Shown piece by piece: positions 36,501-42,500 of a stretch of 64,000 nucleotides of DNA. The translations under genes and the position numbers were made by a program. Origin of the DNA: Candidatus Woesearchaeota archaeon (lineage in GTDB: Archaea; Nanobdellota; Nanobdellia; UBA10117; JABICX01); the NCBI GenBank assembly GCA_018652045.1, contig JABICX010000001.1:5107-69106 (forward strand). Reading direction: 5' to 3'. Each line of letters starts with the position of its first letter. The stretch's first letter is position 1. The notes beneath the pieces are model-generated. The model searched no databases, was not told the origin of the DNA, and worked only from the letters and a program-made list of their open reading frames with translations.

Positions 36501-39500
36501 ACAATAAACATGGATGGAGAAGGTAGCGGCGATCGCGTATCCTCTTCAACTAGTTGTAAGATATATGGAGCAAGTGAATCTTATCCCGTAGTTATAACTG
36601 GCGCAAGAGATTTCATGTATTGGGATAATATTAATTTCAAGTGGGTAGATTTCCAAATCAATACATCAACAGATGATAGAAGTAAAACGATCACATTGGA
36701 TGGAACATCTTGGTTTAGAGACATAACTGTAGACACAACAGATATATTTGATACTGGAACATCTACGCTTTACATGAATAATTTAACTTTAGTTGGAAAC
36801 CTAACCAGTGGAGCTGGAAACATAACCAACAACACAAACGCACAGTGGTTAGCCCACTTCGACAATGCAGACACCTACACCTGGAGTTCAACAAACATAA
36901 GCCAGGGAAACAACACAGGAAGTTTAGTAATAAACGCACAGAGCGCTACAGACGGAGGAAACAACGTACCAGATGGAATGTGGCTATTTGGCGGAGAGGG
37001 AGTAGCATGTCTATTCTCTGCAAATGATACACTAACAGCTAACCTAACTTGTGCCTCACTTCAGGTAGAGGCAGCAGCTACTCTAGTAACTGGCGAATAC
37101 AGCATCAACGCAACTGGAGATGCAGAAGTAAATGGAACTCTTGACGCATCATCTGGTGGAAATCAGTGGTTCGATTCTTTAACTATTCAAGCTACTGGAA
37201 CATACACCGCTACAAGTGAAAATACTACCATATCTGGTGTTGGAGTCAGTAGTTATAATGCAGTATTATATGTAGGCGGAACATTTGACAATAACACAGG
37301 AACATTTGTATTTAATCACCAAGACAGTGGAAGCTACCGAAGTAATTTAGGTTATGAAGAGAGCAATGGCGGACAATTACATAATGTAATTGTAGATACG
37401 AACGGCATACAGAGTTTTGAAGCAAATACTGTAATAACTGGAAATCTTACTGTAGATGCTGGAACTGCCCAAACAAATAATGCTGCTTGGACGTGGGACA
37501 TTACAGGCGATGTTGTAGTTAATTCTGGCGGAACACTTGGCGCTGCAAGTAGATCTGCAGATTACTCTTTCGGTTCACTAACAATCAACTCAGGCGGAAC
37601 ATATTCTGCTACAAACGGAACAACAACAATAACTGATGAAAATCCAAGTGGATATGCGTTTGTTAATGATGGAACATTTACACACAATTCTGGAACAGTT
37701 ACAATAACAACTGATGCAAATACTTATTTAGATTTAACTGGAAGTGGAAATGTATATAATTTAATTACTAATCGAAGTGGTAGGGCTTATGATTGGACAA
37801 TTGCAGCTACTATTGATAATGATTTAACTGTTACTGCTGGAACTCTTAGAGCAAGTGGAGTTGGTGATAATCTTATAGTTACAGGTGATGTTGATATTAC
37901 TGGGATTTTAAGTGATAATGCTAGAGGTGTTGTAATGACTTTTGGTTCACTGACAATCAACTCAGGCGGAACATACTCCGCAACCTCAGGCACGACAACC
38001 ATAACAAGCGAAGCAGATAGTGGATATGGCTGGGACAATGATGGAACATTTACTGCTAACAGTGGAACTGTTAACTTTACATATGGTACTGGAACGCTGC
38101 TAGATGCAGTTGGAACAAGTGGAACTTTCTATAACTTAATCTTCTCAGGAACCAGTACCACTCTGATGACAGACCTAGATGTAGAAGGTAACCTAACTGA
38201 GAACAGTGTTGGCGCACTGATAACTAACGCTAATAACAAATACATAAATGTAACTGAAAATGTTGTAATTGGCGGTCAGATTGGTGACGCAACAGAAACA
38301 GCAGATTGGACATTTGGTTCACTAACAATCAACTCAGGTGGAGTCTATTCTGCTACAAGCGGAATAACTGAAATAAACAATACGGCGCTAAATACATATG
38401 CATTAAATAATGATGGAACTCTTACTGCAAATGGCGGAACTATTAATATAACTTCACAAACAGCGTCACAATATTACCTTGATATTGCAACAGGTTCGGG
38501 AAATCCATATAATTTTGTAGTTGATATTGGTGGAGGAAATTCATTGAAGTGGATATTTGATGGAGGTGTTATTGATGGTAATCTTACTGTTCAATCGGGA
38601 ACATTTAACTCAAACGCAGACCTGTACGATCTAACTGTAACAGGGGATACTGTAGTTTCAGGAACATTATCTAATGGTGGAAGCGATGCTATGACTTTCG
38701 GCTCCCTTGCAATCAAATCTGGCGGAACATACTCCGCAACTTCTGGAACAACTACAATAAATAGTGAAGATGGTTCTAACCACGCGCTTGATTGTGATGG
38801 AACTTTTACAGCTAACTCAGGAAATGTTAGTATTGAGACTGGAGCATCAACCATTGTTGACATCCTATGTACTGGAAGTCTGTATGATCTAGATATCGAC
38901 AATACGGGTGTAGCAACATATTGGGAACATGATGCAGCAACAATTGCTAATGATTTAGTAATTACTGCAGGCAGTTTCCGAGCAGGCACTACAACCCACG
39001 ACATTACTGTAACTGGTGACGTGCTTGTGCAAAATACTGGAACGCTTGGAATCGCTACAGAAAGCGGAGCAAGATCCTTTGGTTCACTGACAATCAACTC
39101 AGGCGGAACATACGTTGCTACAAGCGGAACAACAACATTAACATCTGAGTCAGGAAGTGGACGAGTAATTGATGTAGATACTGCTGCGACATATACACAC
39201 AACAATGGAGAATTAGCCATCACCACCAACACAGCAACAGCGTTTGTCAGTTACGAAAACATATTCAATAACATAACAATCAATAACGCTGGAAGCTACA
39301 CACAGATGGTTGGAAATGTAACTGTTGCAGATACACTAACAGTTAACTCTGGAAAAGACCTGTATGTTGGAAGCGGACAAGATAACATATTAATCATAGG
39401 AAATAGCACACAATCTGGAAGTATCGTATCGACAGGAGATTTTATTGTAAATGCTTATACAGGTTATACTCAAGTTATTAAGGGAGCAAGTTCAGCGTAT

Positions 39501-42500
39501 CCTCTTGTCGCGACCGGAACAAACTGGAATTGGGATCAGCAAGCTCCAGGAAATACATTAAATCTTTCCAATATTGACTATCAAATTAATGGATCAACAG
39601 GTGGAGATGGAATATTAATTCAGTTAGTTGGAGATACATGGTTCAGAAACATGACGGTTAGTTCAGGAGATGCTCTTAGCATTACAGGTTCAGCAACGCT
39701 ATACACCGATGTCCTAGACCTATCTGGAAACCTAACCAGCGGAACTGGAAACATAACCAACAACACCAACTCACAATGGTTAGCACAGTTCGATTCAGCA
39801 AATACTTACGCATGGGATAGTACAAACATATCCAAAGGTAACAATACGGGAGCATCTGTGATAAATGCTCTGACTGCAACTGATGGAGGCAACAACGTAC
39901 CTGCAGCGATGTGGAAGTTCACTGGCGGAACAGTTACTCTCGACAATCCAAATACTAGTTGGACAGTTGGTGCTAATGCAACCTTTGACTGTTCAGCAAC
40001 CAACACAGATGTAGCTCTGGCAAACATAAGCCTGTACCATAACAACACCGGAACCTTCCACAACAACGGAACAGTTTCGGTCTCAGGAACATCTGCTTCA
40101 GCACAGTTCAATGTAAGCACGCTACAAGAGAATGGATTTGAATGGTATTGCGAAGCTTGTGATGCAGTAAGCTGTGTTGTCTCAAGTGATAACCGAACCG
40201 TAACTGCAGATACAACAACTCCAACCATTAGCTACCTTGCAGATGTATGGGTAGACGCAACTCGGATCGGAACCTGGAGAGATGTAGTTGTCAACCTAAC
40301 ATCTTCTGACACAAACAACCAATCAACTTTCCTAGACTGGAATAAGACGCTAGTTGGATATTGGAGCATGGACGCAGTTTCAGGATCAACCGTACTTGAC
40401 AACTCAACCTGGCAGAACAACGGAACTCTCGAAGGTGGTGCTACACCAACCCAAGGTAAGTTCGGCAAAGGAATGAAGTTTAATGGTGATGATGAAGTAA
40501 TTAGAATGGGTGAGATCACTTCGGGACACCCACTCATGCTAGCTAACTCAAATATAACAATATCTGCATGGTTTAAACAATATAGTGGAGATACATACCA
40601 ACGAATTGTTGATAAATCCACGGCAGGTAATAGTGCAAATGGTTACGGGCTTGCTGCGCATACTAATCGAGATATTTACTTATTAGTTGACGGCTCTTAT
40701 TATCGGACAGATACTAGTGCATATAATTTTGGAGAATGGACGCACGTTGTGGGTGTTGTAACTGAAGATACTTTTGAAATATATATTGATGGTGTAAATC
40801 AAACGGGAGGTAGTTGGTCTGGAAGCGCTAAGTTACCTCCAGATGCTACAGCTAATCTAAGTATTGGATCATGGAATCATGCAGATGCTAGAGAAGTTAA
40901 CGGATCAATCGATGAAGTTCAGATCTACTCTCGAGCATTATCAGCTAATGAAATACGCGCATTGTACGATGCTAACGCTAATCAGTATAACAAGACATGG
41001 ACAGGTCTGACTGAGGGACAGAGCTATACATACACAGGATATTCTGTTGACTTGGGAGCTAACAAGAACGAGACAGCTGAGAGAACAGTCACAATCAACA
41101 ACATACCAACTACCTTCACAAGCGTAGCTATGGCATCATCAACGGCAGCTAACATCACGTCTGACAACCTGTCAGTTAGCTGGACAGATGGAACTGATGG
41201 AGACTCGGACACAATATACAACATCACTGACTGGAGAGTAAATGGATCTAGTATAGCTGTCCTTAACCTGGCTTTTGATAGTAACCGTTCTGGAACAACT
41301 ACAGCAGTTATCCGAGACTATTCAACTTTTGAGAACAACGCAACTCTGGGAAATACAACTACCGGTAGAGCACCAGCATGGACATCTTCTTGTCAGATTG
41401 GAGGATGTTACGAATTCACTGCCGCAGGAGAGGAGAAGATAAATATTTCCAATACGGTTTTGACTGGTTTAAGTACGGTCACAACTGAATTATGGATTAA
41501 AACTTCTGGATCTGCTCAGGGAGTAATAACTGGAGCAAATCCTACCTATAATAATGAGTATCTAATTTACGATCAATCATCCTTACGGCTCTATGTACAT
41601 GATTCTAATTGGAATAGTGGCGTTTCAATTAATAATAATGCATGGCGTCATGTTGTATTCACCTGGGACGGATCAAACGGAACTGTAAAATTATTCGTAG
41701 ATGGTGTGTTCCAAAATTCTGGTACAGTAAATACAGGGGCATTAACTATACCTGTAAATGGATTATGGCTTGGAGCAGAGCAAGATTCCGTTGGTGGTGG
41801 ATTCCAAGCATCGCAAGAGTTAGTAGGGTTCTTAGATGAAGTACGCATTTACAACCGGAGCTTGAGTGCAGATCAAATCTGGGCCAACTATGTGGCAGGT
41901 AATGCCTCTCTCTCAGTTCAGACTATGGTCTCAGATGAGACTGGCAAGAATGATGTATGGTCGGTGTCTGTAACTCCTAATGACTTGTATGAAGATGGAC
42001 CTAACACAACATCTGATTCGTTGACCCTTGTAAGCACAGCTCCAAATCCACCAACCTCTATCACACCAGCATCTGGAACATGGGGTGGAGACAACAGCTC
42101 AATGGAGCTGAACTGTTCAGGCGCGTCGGACAATGACTCTGACACAATAACATACTCAATAGAATCTAACCGAACAGGTAGCTGGACTGAGGTAACTACT
42201 GGCCTGGCAGACGGCAACTACTCGTGGGACATATCTAGCTACGACAATATAGTTGGAATCAACTTCAGATGTTGGGCAACAGATGGAGCACTTAACTCTA
42301 GCAAGTATACTGCAAGCGCAAGTGTAAACTTGGACAACTGGGGACCACGATGGAGCAGCCCAAGCAAGAACGCATCTACAGTCTATAATGGATTGAACAT
42401 CAGCCTGAACACAACCTGGACAGAGACACAGGCAGCAGATGTCGGGCTCGCAGGATTCATCTTCTCATCAAACGACAGTGGTAGCTGGACAAATGGCAGC

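Larger units (their letters stand above)
17170..39150 (+). repeat. Array of ~125-aa repeat units anchored by a conserved FGSLTINSGGTY motif, grouped in nine larger modules
   Basis: Exact GGTTCACTAACAATCAACTC at 25941, 26310, 37572 and 38316, plus many 1-3 mismatch copies; spacing within runs about 370-390 nt. Confidence 0.85.

Noticed and set aside
17170-39150. CRISPR-like or DGR-type repeat system in the giant gene
   Set aside because: The repeats are in-frame coding motifs with ~320-nt spacers. There is no reverse transcriptase. The one near-identical pair has only two mismatches, too few to indicate TR/VR mutagenesis.
12916-42217. Numerous 60-225 aa antisense and alternate-frame ORFs in the giant gene and other long genes
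   Set aside because: Shadow ORFs produced by biased codon usage of Thr/Gly/Ser/Asn-rich repeats; no independent motifs or promoters.
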